From NCBI GenBank assembly GCA_015680685.1, contig MNCI01000307.1, positions 201,968 to 265,967 of the forward strand: 64,000 nt of DNA, in the 5' to 3' direction. The position numbers were made by a program, and so were the translations under genes. The notes beneath the pieces were generated by a model. That model ran no database searches. It saw only the letters and a program-made list of their open reading frames with translations, and was not told where the DNA came from. Source of the stretch: Gnetum montanum (Eukaryota; Plantae; Gnetophyta). Shown here in pieces: positions 63,621 through 64,000 of the stretch; position 1 is the stretch's first letter; each line of letters starts with the position of its first letter.

Positions 63621-64000
63621 TGTCTCCATTTCAACCAAACATTCAAGGGAGAGTCACAACAAGTGACTTAACATGAACAATATTGCCAAATTCAAGTAAG
63701 GCTTCAATGCTAATCTAATACCATTTGCAAGCCTTCCATGGTGTTTGTGCCTTGAAAAGCATAAAGAATGATTTGTAAAAGCTTAAGTTATTTGCCAGGA
63801 TACTCATTAAGATGCAATGACTTGGACCAATCTTTGAAACCAAAGTCTATTAAAGAATGGAGTCTAATGCTAGAGTTATTTAGTGACAAATATCAAACAT
63901 ACTCCAAAGTGTCCAACTTAAGACAGTAAATTTAAGAATGGAAATAAGGCAATCGTGAATTCCTTAATGAAGCCTTGGGAAGGCACTATTCATTATTGTA

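Overview
AT-rich, TE-dominated land-plant nuclear DNA with two N gaps (22249-22635, 45787-46590) and a single N at 29968. Only two genes look intact: a spliced, secreted PLAT/LH2-domain gene (39959-40721) and an intronless calmodulin-like gene (44749-45237), both in a CpG-retaining island at about 38.9-45.3 kb. The left part holds a Ty3 3' LTR, three tRNA-derived repeats, a type-B-like response-regulator pseudogene and a decayed minus-strand Helitron (Helitron2/HLE2-like Rep-PIF1 followed by an intron-containing RPA70-like gene). The Helitron's 5' region is tandemly duplicated as a fixed scaffold carrying a chitinase-like (CTL) first exon plus different cargo in each copy, including a possible florendovirus ORF2-like remnant. 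The second copy is interrupted by a full-length Athila-type Ty3 element (20841-30267) and a full-length Ty1/copia element (31197-36948). The right part (about 46.8-64 kb) holds a hairpin MITE, a Ulp1 SUMO-protease pseudogene, a 226-bp tandem array, two paralogous accessory ORFs and a decayed SWIM/MULE-type transposase of the At4g13970/At1g60560 family, possibly one large DNA transposon. All family calls come from motifs recognised by eye; no searches were run.
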